A stretch of DNA of 64,000 nucleotides, from positions 65,437-129,436 of the forward strand of contig JACPTQ010000043.1 of assembly GCA_016192705.1 (NCBI GenBank), in the 5' to 3' direction. Source of the stretch: Deltaproteobacteria bacterium. Its GTDB lineage: Bacteria; Myxococcota; JACPTQ01. Below, piece by piece: positions 24,466-33,759 of the stretch. The position numbers and the translations under genes are program-made. Positions within the stretch are counted from its first letter, which is position 1; each line of letters opens with the position of its first letter. The notes under the pieces were generated by a model, which saw only the letters and a program-made list of their open reading frames with translations, did no database searches and was not told the DNA's origin.

Positions 24466-25148
24466 TCATCTACTGCGCGTAGCGTCGGCAGGTGCCGCCT
24501 CGGCGCGCCGACGTCCTCGGGTCTGACTTGTTTCGCAGGTCACCTGTTCTCACTGAAGAAAGCTATGTCTACCAATCGCGCAACCTGCCGCCACCTCACA
24601 CCCTGCGCAAAGGTGCGCTGCGGGCTGCGCGGCACTGCCGCGACACCAAGTTTGGTCGAGCACAACCGGCATTTGCAACTCCGAGCACACAAAGGTCTCG
24701 GGTGTTCCGTCGCCCTCGCGATTCTGTTCGCGCCGGCAAGCCACAGGCTTGCCAACGATTGCTCACAGAATAGGCGCGCCTATGCGGCACCCCTGACCCT
24801 ACGCAATTCCGGGCAGACCGCTTTCCAGGGACGTATTCTTTAGGCTTGAGGGCAGTACGAAGGGTTCACCCGGTGGGTGTCGGTCAGCGTTCGATCTACC
24901 CCCAAGTCTTTGAACCGCCGTTCCAGGGAAACGGCTCGTTTCTGGTTGGGCGGGCGGGCGTTGGGCTTGCTCCAGGTCGCGTCCGCAGGGGATGAGGTGC
25001 CGATGGGGCGTGGAATTGCCGTTCTCGTGATGTTTGATTCATTTCGTGCAGATTCACATTTCATGTCAGACCCGAAGACTTCCGCGACCCGGAGCAAGCC
25101 CAACCCCCGCCCGCCTCACGCAAATTTTGCCCGTTATCCGGGAATCAG
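24439..25148. repeat. Conserved structured non-coding element, copy B, with an internal expansion of about 360 nt
   Basis: Same orientation as copy A. Inverted-repeat arms are at 24513-24526 and 25066-25079. The roughly 66 nt of variable sequence in copy A is replaced by 24527-24885, which is rich in nested hairpins. Confidence 0.85.
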
Positions 25149-25233
25149 GCAAACGTGTGAATTGAATCCCGAGGTGCGTTGTGGCACATTCACGGCGAAA
25201 GTCGCGCGCGCGTAACGAAAGAGGGTCACCAAG

Positions 25234-26079
25234 GTGAAATGCCCAAACTGCCACATCGCACTCCCTGAAACGTCGGCGTTTTGCTACAACTGCGGCGTTG
25301 CCATGCCGAAAGCGGCGGCCCCGTCCGGACCGACCGCATCCGCACCGCTTCCACCACCGCCCAAATCGGTCGCGCCCGACACGACGCCCGTCCCGATCAA
25401 GGAGCGCGCCGCATTCGGTAAAGACATCAACGACCCGCGGTTTCGCGGCATCGATCCGTTGGACAAAACGTTTTCTCACCTGCGCGAGATGCCCGAAGAG
25501 CTCAAGGGGATGAGCCCCGGCACGAAAAAAGCGTTTATGGTTCTTTCCCTTCTCCTCTTGGTGACGGGGCTCGTGCTCGTGATTGTTTATTTCGCCAAGA
25601 CCGAAAAGAAAAAAGATAAAGAAGGTGAGCGTGCAACGGCGGCCGATGCGGGGCCAGCAGCGGTGCCGCGGCCGGAAACGCCACGGCCACTCGCGATTTA
25701 TCGGCCACCGCCCGAGCCGACCGTCGCCGAAGGAAAACACGACGTCGCAACCGCGAAGAAACTCCTGATGGGAAAGTACGACGACATCTATAGATGTTAC
25801 GAGAAGGCGTTCAAACCGGATGACACGCTTGAGCTGTCCGTTTCGGTCAAGAAGACAGGAGTCGTCGAAAAAATCGACGTCGTTTCGAATACATCCGGTA
25901 AGAAAGAAGTCGAGCCGTGTGTGCAGGGGTTCATCGAGAAGCTGAATTTCGGCGCGCTCGGCAAGAGAGACAAAAAGGGCTCCCTCATCAAATGGACCCT
26001 CATCAACACGCCGTCGAAGCCGCCGGTGCCGCTGATCGCGCCCGCACGGCCATCGGACGCTGGAGGGACTCCGCGTTAG
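25234..26079 (+). CDS. Zinc-ribbon / single-TM protein with an AgmX/PglI-like C-terminal domain (family call tentative)
   Basis: GTG start. N-terminus is CPNC...CYNC, then a Pro-rich linker and the TM segment FMVLSLLLLVTGLVLVIVYF. The C-terminal CYE...G.V..V.V...C pattern is TonB-C/AgmX-like. Confidence 0.65.
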   Translation: MKCPNCHIALPETSAFCYNCGVAMPKAAAPSGPTASAPLPPPPKSVAPDTTPVPIKERAAFGKDINDPRFRGIDPLDKTFSHLREMPEELKGMSPGTKKAFMVLSLLLLVTGLVLVIVYFAKTEKKKDKEGERATAADAGPAAVPRPETPRPLAIYRPPPEPTVAEGKHDVATAKKLLMGKYDDIYRCYEKAFKPDDTLELSVSVKKTGVVEKIDVVSNTSGKKEVEPCVQGFIEKLNFGALGKRDKKGSLIKWTLINTPSKPPVPLIAPARPSDAGGTPR

Positions 26080-26094
26080 GAGCCTGTCGGAAGA

Positions 26095-27792
26095 TTGTTC
26101 GTGGTGGTGACGTGGACGCATCGCGCGATCGTTCTCGTCGTTCTTCTTACATCAAACGTTTCGGCCGATACGCCCACCAATCACGTTTACGTTGAGGCGC
26201 CAAGGCCCGGCGAGGCTCGAAAATACACGCGCGCACGAATCGACGACCTGCCCAACGTGGGCCCCACTGGCCCGCTCGCCGGACGGCGACCCATCCGCTC
26301 TCGAATGGCGCCCGGCACCTTCATCTATGGTGCGCCGCCCACGCCGCTCGCGCCCGATTCGCAACCAGCGCCCGACGCGCGCAGAACGGTTTCTGGTCCG
26401 ACGGCGTCACGACCGGAAAATGGCGCTCCTCCGCGCGCACCGGAGCGCGACTCGGCCTTCATCCCCGATCTCGATACCGGCCCAGAGCCGATAACCTCGT
26501 ACGTCGAAGTTTTTTCGCCAGCGACGGGACGTAAACGCTTTGCGGCGTTTGACCGCGTGAACGCCGATGGATCGCTCGAGATTGCCGACACGACACCGAA
26601 CGCAGCGCCCCGCGTCGCAGCATCAGAGCATGGGGCTCCGGCCGCGGGACGTACGCGCTTCACCGGCGACGTTCGCATTCGCTTGAGCGCAACGGAGTTT
26701 GTTCCGATTCCATCTGTTGCGGCCGGGGCACGCCTCGTGAGCGCCACGTCGCAACCGCCCGCGGAGCTCACTTTCGCGATCGACAGCGCCGAGAACTGGT
26801 CAGTCCGCGCAAACCAGAGCGGCCTCGCGCGTCTCGTCTATCGGCTCGACGCGCCGGATTCATACTTCGGGCCGACGATCGCAAAAGAGATCGATTGGTC
26901 CGAGATCCCAGCGACGCTTCGTCCCGTTCTCCCAGCGGACCTCGCGGCCGACGCCACGCTCGTCCTCGCGGCGACCAAGATTTCGCGCGAACAGCCTTTC
27001 GAATATGTCGTCAAGGCGCTCGCAACTTATTTTCGAAGTTTCTCCGCTGGCCAACTTTCAGAGCGGGCGTCGGACTCGCCCTACCGGCGAATTGCGCTCG
27101 GTCGCGTCGGAATCTGCCGGCACCGCGCGTATGCGTTTCTCATAACGGCGCACGCGCTCGGAATCCCGACGCGCGTCGTCACGAACGAGGCGCACGTCTT
27201 CGTCGAGGTGTTCGCACCCAAGTTGGGCTGGGTTGGCATCGACTTGGGTGGCGGCGCCCAAGCGATCAACGAGTATGGAATCGCGGGACGGCCCCTCTAC
27301 GAGCCGCCCGAATCTTCGTCGTTTGAGTGGCCATCATCGGGCGCATCAACGGACAGCGGGACGGCTCAAACGGTCGGCGACGAGGCGCCCGCGACAATGT
27401 ACTCCGCGCTTCCCGCGGGTCCTCGCCCGGCACCCGCAACCGCTCGCGAACCCGCCTCTACTCCCGCACCCGCGCCCGCAACTGCACCCGCAGCCGAACG
27501 CCCCTTCGTAGGAATCCCCGCGCGCATCGACTTCACGTGGGATGACGTTCCCCGCACCGCGCACCCCGGCACGGCCATTCACGTTGGCGGCCGCGTCGCA
27601 ACTGAAACCGACGAGCCCGTTCCACGCGCCTTCGTCGCGCTCACCGCATCACGCCCGAGCGACTCCGCGCCCCTCTTCACGCTCGGCCCGTTTTTCTCGG
27701 ACCCCAACGGCCACGTGCGCGCCATCGCAGTCATCCCGCTTGACGCTCCGCCGGTCGCCGTCGAGTTTAGCGTCCGCGTCACGCTCCCATGA
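26095..27792 (+). CDS. Secreted transglutaminase-like domain protein
   Basis: Signal peptide. The core GICRHRAYAFLITAHALGIPTRVVTNEAHVFVEV...GWVGIDLGG carries a Cys-His-Asp transglutaminase-like arrangement. Confidence 0.75.
   Translation: MFVVVTWTHRAIVLVVLLTSNVSADTPTNHVYVEAPRPGEARKYTRARIDDLPNVGPTGPLAGRRPIRSRMAPGTFIYGAPPTPLAPDSQPAPDARRTVSGPTASRPENGAPPRAPERDSAFIPDLDTGPEPITSYVEVFSPATGRKRFAAFDRVNADGSLEIADTTPNAAPRVAASEHGAPAAGRTRFTGDVRIRLSATEFVPIPSVAAGARLVSATSQPPAELTFAIDSAENWSVRANQSGLARLVYRLDAPDSYFGPTIAKEIDWSEIPATLRPVLPADLAADATLVLAATKISREQPFEYVVKALATYFRSFSAGQLSERASDSPYRRIALGRVGICRHRAYAFLITAHALGIPTRVVTNEAHVFVEVFAPKLGWVGIDLGGGAQAINEYGIAGRPLYEPPESSSFEWPSSGASTDSGTAQTVGDEAPATMYSALPAGPRPAPATAREPASTPAPAPATAPAAERPFVGIPARIDFTWDDVPRTAHPGTAIHVGGRVATETDEPVPRAFVALTASRPSDSAPLFTLGPFFSDPNGHVRAIAVIPLDAPPVAVEFSVRVTLP
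27431..27493. repeat. CCCGCW-type hexamer tract
   Basis: cacccgcaaccgctcgcgaacccgcctctactcccgcacccgcgcccgcaactgcacccgc. It encodes PAPATAREPASTPAPAPATAPA. Confidence 0.75.
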
Positions 27793-29366
27793 GTGCAACC
27801 CGCGCGCCTTCCTCCGTCGCCTCAAAAATCGGCCGCGCCACCGCCATCCTCATGGCGAGCGTCCTCCTCTCGCGCATCCTCGGCTTCGTCCGCGAATCGG
27901 TTATCGCCGGCGTCATGGGAGCGAACGCCCGTACCGACGTTTACTACGCCGCGTTCACCATCCCCGATTTCCTCAACCACCTCGTTGCCGGCGGCGCCCT
28001 CTCCATCACTTTCATCCCCATCTTCAGCCGGCTCTCAACCGAAGGCCGCGAAAGCGACGGTTGGCGCGTCTGCTCGACGATCCTCTCGACGCTCGTCCTC
28101 GTTCTCGGCACCCTCACCGTCGCCGCCGAATTTTTCGCCGACCCTCTCGCGCGCCTCGTCACGCGCGACTTCACGCCCGCGCAGTTCGACGAGCTCGCGC
28201 GCTTGACGCGCATCTTGCTCCCCGCGCAGCTCTTCTTCGTCGTCGGCGGCATCCTCATGGCCGTCCAGTTCGCAAAAGACAGCTTCCTCGGCCCCGCTCT
28301 CGCGCCACTCGTCTACAACCTCGGCATCATCGTGGGCGGCGCCGCGCTCGGCCCACTCATTGGAATGGAAGGGTTCGCGTGGGGCGCCCTCGTCGGCAGC
28401 TTCGCCGGCAACTTCGTGATCCAACTTGTCTTCGCGCGCAAAGTCGGTTTTGTCTTCACGCGCCGCATCGACCTCCGCGACGTTGCCTTTCGCGAATTTC
28501 TTCTCCTCTCGATCCCGCTCGCCCTCGGCCTCTCGCTCACACTCGCCGACGACTGGGTCACGCGCTGGATGGCCTCGTCCGTCGGCCCAGCGGCGATCAC
28601 CATTCTCGCCTACGCGCGCACGCTCATGCGCATTCCACTCGCCGTCGTCGGCCAAACAACCGGCAGCGCGTCGTTCCCGCTCCTCTCGCGCCTTTACGCC
28701 GCGGGTCGCCTCCCCGAATTCCGCGCTGCGCTCAGCCGCGCCATGCGTCAAGTTCTCGTGCTCATGCTCCCCGCGACCGCGCTCACCATCGCCTGCTCTC
28801 GCGAGATCACGTTCATCGTTTACTGCCGCGGCAAATTCACGCTCGACGACACGATTCAAACCGCGAATGTTCTCGTCTGTTACGCGGGCGGTCTCGCGGC
28901 CTGGGGAATCCACACCGTCATCTCGCGCGGCTTTTACGCCATGCGCGACACGGTCACACCCACGTGGGTCGGCACGCTCGCGCTCTTCGCGTCGCTTCCG
29001 GTTTATTGGCTCCTCATGAACGCGTTTTCCGAGCGCGGCCTCGCCGTCGCAAGCTCGGTGGGCATCACGATCTACGCAACACTTCTTTATGTCCTCTTTG
29101 AGCGCCGCACGCGAAGCGAAGCGTGGCGTGGCGAAGTGCAGCTCCTCGTTGCGCTCGCCGGCCTCGCGACGGTCGCGGGTTTTGGCGCGCTCGGCGCGAC
29201 GTCGCTTCTCGACAACGTCTTGCCGTGGACATCGATCGCCGGAAGCCTCGTGCGACTCACGCTCGGAACAATCGTCGCCGCTGGCCTTTATGTCGGCTCC
29301 GCGATCCTCTTCAAGGTGACGGATGTGGTCGATATCGCATCCGCCGTTTTTCGTCACCGCTCTTGA
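27789..29366 (+). CDS. murJ: Lipid II flippase MurJ (MviN family)
   Basis: 525 aa with about 14 TM segments. The N-terminal LSRILGFVRESVIAGVMGA...DVYYAAFTIPDFL is diagnostic. ATGA overlap with the upstream gene. Confidence 0.9.
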   Translation: MSATRAPSSVASKIGRATAILMASVLLSRILGFVRESVIAGVMGANARTDVYYAAFTIPDFLNHLVAGGALSITFIPIFSRLSTEGRESDGWRVCSTILSTLVLVLGTLTVAAEFFADPLARLVTRDFTPAQFDELARLTRILLPAQLFFVVGGILMAVQFAKDSFLGPALAPLVYNLGIIVGGAALGPLIGMEGFAWGALVGSFAGNFVIQLVFARKVGFVFTRRIDLRDVAFREFLLLSIPLALGLSLTLADDWVTRWMASSVGPAAITILAYARTLMRIPLAVVGQTTGSASFPLLSRLYAAGRLPEFRAALSRAMRQVLVLMLPATALTIACSREITFIVYCRGKFTLDDTIQTANVLVCYAGGLAAWGIHTVISRGFYAMRDTVTPTWVGTLALFASLPVYWLLMNAFSERGLAVASSVGITIYATLLYVLFERRTRSEAWRGEVQLLVALAGLATVAGFGALGATSLLDNVLPWTSIAGSLVRLTLGTIVAAGLYVGSAILFKVTDVVDIASAVFRHRS

Positions 29367-29391
29367 CGTTGCTCTTGACCACCTGTTCAAT
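29363..29391 (+). promoter_or_regulatory. Candidate sigma-70 promoter (TTGACG, 17 nt spacer, TTCAAT) inside the direct repeat GCTCTTGAC x2
   Basis: Hexamers read directly. It overlaps the murJ stop and lies 24 nt upstream of the M20 peptidase ATG. Confidence 0.3.
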
Positions 29392-29414
29392 CGCGCGCAC
29401 CCGGAGGCCACGCG

Positions 29415-30806
29415 ATGACAAAAGTCGATGACGCCATCAAACACTACGCAAGCGCCGAAACGCGCCAGCTTGAAGACCTGAAAACACTTGTTCGAATTCC
29501 GAGCGTCTCGTTCGCCGGCTTCGACGCCGCGCGCGTGCGCGAAAGTGCCGAGGCGACGGCGCGACTTCTCCGCGAGCGCGGCTTTGAAAACGTTCGGCTC
29601 CTCGAAGTCGCCGGGGCGCACCCGTACGTGTTTGGCGAATGGTTGCACGCACAAGGGAAGCCGACCGTCCTTCTCTATGCGCACCACGACGTTCAGCCCG
29701 CGGGCGACGAATCGAAGTGGAAGACGCCGCCGTTTGAGCCAACCCTCGGCGCGGACGGGCGCTTGTACGGTCGCGGAACCGCCGACGACAAGGCTGGGAT
29801 CGTCGTACACGCATCGGCGCTCGAGGCGTGGCGCGCGGCTGGCGGCGCTCCCGTGAATCTCAAGATTGTCGTCGAAGGCGAGGAAGAGTCGGGGAGTGAC
29901 CACTTGGGCGAATTTCTGCGAACGTATGCGCCTCTCGTAAAGGCGGACGCCATTATCCTCACGGACACCGGTAATTTTGAGACCGGCCTACCGTCCATCA
30001 CCACGGCGCTTCGCGGAATTGTCGTCCTCACCGTTGAAGTTCGCGCGCTCGCGCAATCGGTCCACAGCGGGATGTGGGGCGGGCCCGTGCCCGACGCCGC
30101 AATGGCGCTTTGCCGCATACTCGCATCGCTCACGAATCCCGACGGCTCGATCGCCGTGCCTGGGCTCACCGCAAAGGTTCGCCCGCTGACAGCCGCGGAA
30201 CAAAAAGACATTGAATCGCTTCCGACGACGAACGCAGAGTTCCGGCGTCAGGCGGGCATGCTCGATGGCGTCGAAATCCTCGGCGGCCGAAACCCGTGGG
30301 AGCAAAACTGGCGACAGCCGTCGATCGCCGTCAACGCGATCCAGGCGTCGTCGCGCAAGGACGCGCGCAACATCATCAACGAGAGCGCTTGGGCACGCGT
30401 CGGGGTCCGCCTCGTCGCGGACATGGATCCAAAGGAGACCATCGCGCTCGTGACAGCGCACCTTCGAAAAGCCGCGCCGTGGGGCGTGAAGGTCGACATC
30501 GAAGTTGAAGGGAGCGCCGGTTGGTGGGCGACCGACACCTCGCACCCGGCGTTCGCCGCAGCCAAGCGCGCGCTCGAAACGGGGTACGGGAAGCCGGCCG
30601 TCTTCATGGGGTGCGGTGGGTCGATTCCGTTTGTCGAGCCGTTCGCGACTGAACTTGGCGGCGTTCCGGCGTTGCTCATCGGCGTCGAAGACCCTTACAC
30701 AAACGCACACGGCGAAAATGAATCGGTTCATCTCGGCGACCTCGTGAAAGCGACGCGCTCGGCGATCCACCTTTACAGCGAGCTCGCCGCGGTTCTGCAG
30801 CGGTAG
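29415..30806 (+). CDS. M20-family dipeptidase (ArgE/DapE/CPG2-like)
   Basis: [26 protein letters not shown] and a C-terminal HGENE match the M20 metal-ligand pattern. Confidence 0.9.
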   Translation: MTKVDDAIKHYASAETRQLEDLKTLVRIPSVSFAGFDAARVRESAEATARLLRERGFENVRLLEVAGAHPYVFGEWLHAQGKPTVLLYAHHDVQPAGDESKWKTPPFEPTLGADGRLYGRGTADDKAGIVVHASALEAWRAAGGAPVNLKIVVEGEEESGSDHLGEFLRTYAPLVKADAIILTDTGNFETGLPSITTALRGIVVLTVEVRALAQSVHSGMWGGPVPDAAMALCRILASLTNPDGSIAVPGLTAKVRPLTAAEQKDIESLPTTNAEFRRQAGMLDGVEILGGRNPWEQNWRQPSIAVNAIQASSRKDARNIINESAWARVGVRLVADMDPKETIALVTAHLRKAAPWGVKVDIEVEGSAGWWATDTSHPAFAAAKRALETGYGKPAVFMGCGGSIPFVEPFATELGGVPALLIGVEDPYTNAHGENESVHLGDLVKATRSAIHLYSELAAVLQR

Positions 30807-30810
30807 TCAA

Positions 30811-30837
30811 AGGTGCGACCTCATTCGTTTTTTTTTT
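30811..30837 (+). terminator. Possible intrinsic terminator: weak hairpin followed by a T10 tract
   Basis: aggtgcgacct (4-bp stem) followed by T10 at 30828-30837, immediately after the M20 stop. The stem is weak. Confidence 0.3.
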
Positions 30838-30930
30838 GAATAGATGCCGCGCGTCCACGTCTAAGTAATGTCGGGTTCGTGGGTTCCACGGGGGAACACA
30901 GAGCGGTGACGCTAAACGAAGGAGGAGTTC

Positions 30931-31908
30931 GTGATGTCGATGAGGATGAAAAGAGCCTTAGTCGCCGGATCACTTCTGAGCGCGACGTTCCTCTCGGTCG
31001 AGTGGCGTGAGAGTTCGTCGAGGGGAGATGAATCGATAACGCTATCGGTCTCGTCGTCCGTTGAGGCGAGGAAGAAGAGACGACCCCCGCCTCCACCACC
31101 GCCTGCGGCACCCGCCGTGAAGGAGATAAACCCGGAAGTCGACGCGATGCTGAAGTTCGTGCGCGAGAACTTCGGAAAGTTGAAGGGGTTGCTCACGAAG
31201 GCGCAGGAGCAGGTCAGGGCCGGGAAGCCGGTCGAGGAACTCCTTGGTGGAGGTGGCTCCGCGCAAAGCCCCGCCCAGTCGCCGACTCCCGCGGCGCCCG
31301 AAACGCCCGCGGCACCGGATGCACCAACGACGCCAGGCGTGACGCCAGCGCCACCGGTGACTCCGGCAGCAGGAGGCGACCAGAAGAAGCAGCTGAAGCA
31401 GGCGCGGAAGGCGCTCGCGAAGCTTGCGAAGTCGCACCTGTCGGCCGCGAAGCCGATCCTTAACAAGATTAAGCAGGACGTGATGGACAGCCTCGGTGTC
31501 CAGCGGATGAAAGCCGACGCTCTCCTCGACTTGGTGCTCAACGACCAGTTTTTCGCAAAGCTCAAGACGGCATTCGGCGCCTTGGCGACCAGCGTGAAGA
31601 ATAACTTCCCTGCTTTGAAGGCGGCTTTCTTGAAGTTCTTGAATGAGGCGAAGGATATGCCCGAGCTTCGCGATCTTGCCGGGCAATGTAACGGCCTGCT
31701 CCAAAAGGGAGAGGACATCATCAGACACTGCGGGAGAATCGTTGGCGAGCGGAAGATCGACATCAAGGTGCTAAACAAAATCAGGAAGCATGGAAAGGAC
31801 TGCGGCCGAGCGCTTGTCGGAATAGTTCCCGCTGTCCAAGGTTGCTTCGCCACGTTCAGAAAGGCCGACGCGAAAGTCGCGCAGGTCGAGGCCGAGCCCG
31901 ATCTATAG
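30931..31908 (+). CDS. Secreted hypothetical protein with Pro/Ala/Thr-rich linkers and a helical C-terminal half
   Basis: RBS AAGGAGG. Signal peptide KRALVAGSLLSATFL. No recognisable domain. GC is slightly lower than in neighbouring genes. Confidence 0.55.
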   Translation: MMSMRMKRALVAGSLLSATFLSVEWRESSSRGDESITLSVSSSVEARKKRRPPPPPPPAAPAVKEINPEVDAMLKFVRENFGKLKGLLTKAQEQVRAGKPVEELLGGGGSAQSPAQSPTPAAPETPAAPDAPTTPGVTPAPPVTPAAGGDQKKQLKQARKALAKLAKSHLSAAKPILNKIKQDVMDSLGVQRMKADALLDLVLNDQFFAKLKTAFGALATSVKNNFPALKAAFLKFLNEAKDMPELRDLAGQCNGLLQKGEDIIRHCGRIVGERKIDIKVLNKIRKHGKDCGRALVGIVPAVQGCFATFRKADAKVAQVEAEPDL

Positions 31909-32024
31909 ATCTGTGGTTCGCGCGACGAACCTCTTGGGCAATAACAGTCACCATTAACTGTCACGAAGCACTTCGACGACCACCCTCGGGTCTCCGGCGC
32001 GTGAGCTGTGGTAATCTTTGAGGT

Positions 32025-32828
32025 ATGCAGTGGTCCACCTTCGACGACGAACCGCGCGCGGTCGCGAAACTCCGTGCGGTCCTTGCGCGGGGTCGGCTCC
32101 ATCACGCTTGGATTCTCGCGGGGCTCGACATCGAGCGCGCGACCAGCCTCGCAAAAACTTTCGCCGCGGTGCTCCTATGCCCCAACGCCACGGACGAAGC
32201 ATGCGGCGCGTGCGGCCCCTGCGCTCGGATCGCCGCCGGCACGCACGCCGATTTCATTTTGGTGGCCCCCGAAGGCGAAGGCTCAACGCGCGTCATTAAG
32301 ATCGACACCATCCGAACCGTTGTCCACGCGGTTTCGCTGGCGCCGCTCGAAGGCGAGCGTAAGGTTGTCGTCGTCCGCGATGCGGGTCGAATGACGCGCG
32401 ATGCGCAAAACGCGCTTTTGAAAACGCTCGAAGAGCCCCCCGCGTCAACAACCCTCGTGCTCGTCGCCCATCAGATTGAAGCGCTCCTCCCGACCATTCG
32501 TTCGCGCTGCCTCAAGGTCTCCATGAAGCTTCGCCCTTTGACCCATGACGCCGACGACGCCTCAATCGCGGAGTTCTTCGACGCGCTCCGGCGCGACACA
32601 ACGTCCGCACTCGCCATCTCCGAGCGGTGGGCCAGCGAGAAGGACGACATCGAGCACCGCCTCGACGCGCTTTACGCGGCGCTCGCCAAGCGGGCCGTTG
32701 TCGATGCGCGCGCCCTCGCGGGCGTCGGCGCCGTCGCGACAGCACGAGGCGCGTTGCGCGGTTACGCGAATGTGCGGCTCACGCTCGATTGGCTGGTCAC
32801 GCAACTGCGTTCGGAGGGCGTCGCGTGA
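32025..32828 (+). CDS. holB: DNA polymerase III delta-prime subunit (short form)
   Basis: LHHAWILAG, the zinc module CPNATDEACGACGPCARIAAGTHADF, and the SRC motif (IRSRC). Confidence 0.8.
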   Translation: MQWSTFDDEPRAVAKLRAVLARGRLHHAWILAGLDIERATSLAKTFAAVLLCPNATDEACGACGPCARIAAGTHADFILVAPEGEGSTRVIKIDTIRTVVHAVSLAPLEGERKVVVVRDAGRMTRDAQNALLKTLEEPPASTTLVLVAHQIEALLPTIRSRCLKVSMKLRPLTHDADDASIAEFFDALRRDTTSALAISERWASEKDDIEHRLDALYAALAKRAVVDARALAGVGAVATARGALRGYANVRLTLDWLVTQLRSEGVA

Positions 32829-32884
32829 TTGACACACCACGCAGCGATGACGCGCATGGGAGAGGCCGCGGCAATCCTGCCGCC

Positions 32885-33757
32885 ATGCCTACACTTCTCT
32901 GCCTCGCGTTTGTCCGGAACACCGTGACGGGGAGGACGAATGCCTACAACACGCAGGGCGAGACGTTGCGCAAGGGTGAGCGCTGCGTTATCGAAGCCGA
33001 CCGCGGTCCAGAGCTTGGCGTCGTCGAATCGGGCACGTGGATCGAAGAGCGACCCGAGACCGAGTTTAAGCGCGTCTTGCGTCGGGCAAGCGCGTTCGAC
33101 GAGCAGGAGGCGGCGCGCAACCGCGTTCGTGAGCCAGAAGCCTTTCGCGTCGCGCAGGAGCGTATCGCGACCCATCGACTTCCCATGAAGCTCGTTAAGG
33201 CCGAGCACCTGCTCGCCGTTTCCAAGCTCGTCCTTTATTTCACCGCTGACGGCCGCGTCGATTTCCGCGACCTTGTAAAAGAACTTGGCGTCCGGTTTCG
33301 CTGCCGCATCGAAATGCGCCAGATTGGTGTTCGCGACGCATCGGGATTGGTTGGCGGGATTGGGCCGTGCGGCAAGGAGCTCTGCTGTTCGCAATTTCTT
33401 CAGAAATTTGAGCCGATCACGATTCGTATGGCCAAAGATCAGAATCTACCGTTGAATCCGCAGAAGGTTTCAGGTATGTGCGGTCGGCTCATGTGCTGTC
33501 TCAAGTATGAAGACGATATGTATAACGAGATGAGGCGCGAGCTGCCGCGGTTTGGGGCGATTGTCCGAAGCGAAAAAGGCGAAGGCCGCGTTATTGATCG
33601 AAATGTCCTTAAGCAGGCCGTGACCATTGTCATGGCGGACGGCGCGAAGACTGAATGCGCTGTTGGAAGTATTACCGTCGTAGCGGCGGCCAATGAAGCG
33701 AGCGACGACGAAGCCGGGCCGGCTGGCGATGAGGGCCGAAATGGCGTGGGGCCGTAG
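32885..33757 (+). CDS. PSP1-domain protein (RicT/YaaT-like)
   Basis: Start trimmed to ATG 32885. The PSP1 core is RFRCRIEMRQIGVRD...GPCGKELCCSQFL...CGRLMCCLKYE. The holB-PSP1 order is conserved in many bacteria. Confidence 0.85.
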   Translation: MPTLLCLAFVRNTVTGRTNAYNTQGETLRKGERCVIEADRGPELGVVESGTWIEERPETEFKRVLRRASAFDEQEAARNRVREPEAFRVAQERIATHRLPMKLVKAEHLLAVSKLVLYFTADGRVDFRDLVKELGVRFRCRIEMRQIGVRDASGLVGGIGPCGKELCCSQFLQKFEPITIRMAKDQNLPLNPQKVSGMCGRLMCCLKYEDDMYNEMRRELPRFGAIVRSEKGEGRVIDRNVLKQAVTIVMADGAKTECAVGSITVVAAANEASDDEAGPAGDEGRNGVGP

Positions 33758-33759
33758 CG

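Noticed and set aside
28035-29903. Many long ORFs in the track that run antisense to, or out of frame with, well-supported genes. Examples: 28035-29903 (-), 27542-29101 (+), 30912-32105 (-), 42316-43782 (-), 43662-44912 (-), 45030-46388 (+), 48805-50079 (+), 52411-53571 (+), 53966-55219 (-), 62097-63110 (+), 8441-9688 (+), 25066-26121 (-).
   Set aside because: These are typical high-GC shadow ORFs. Their products are Arg/Pro/Ser/Ala-rich with no motifs, and each is fully overlapped by a gene with diagnostic motifs on the other strand or frame.
30811-30837. A strong intrinsic terminator after the M20 peptidase gene.
   Set aside because: Only a 4-bp stem precedes the T10 tract. I kept it as a low-confidence feature, not as a finding.
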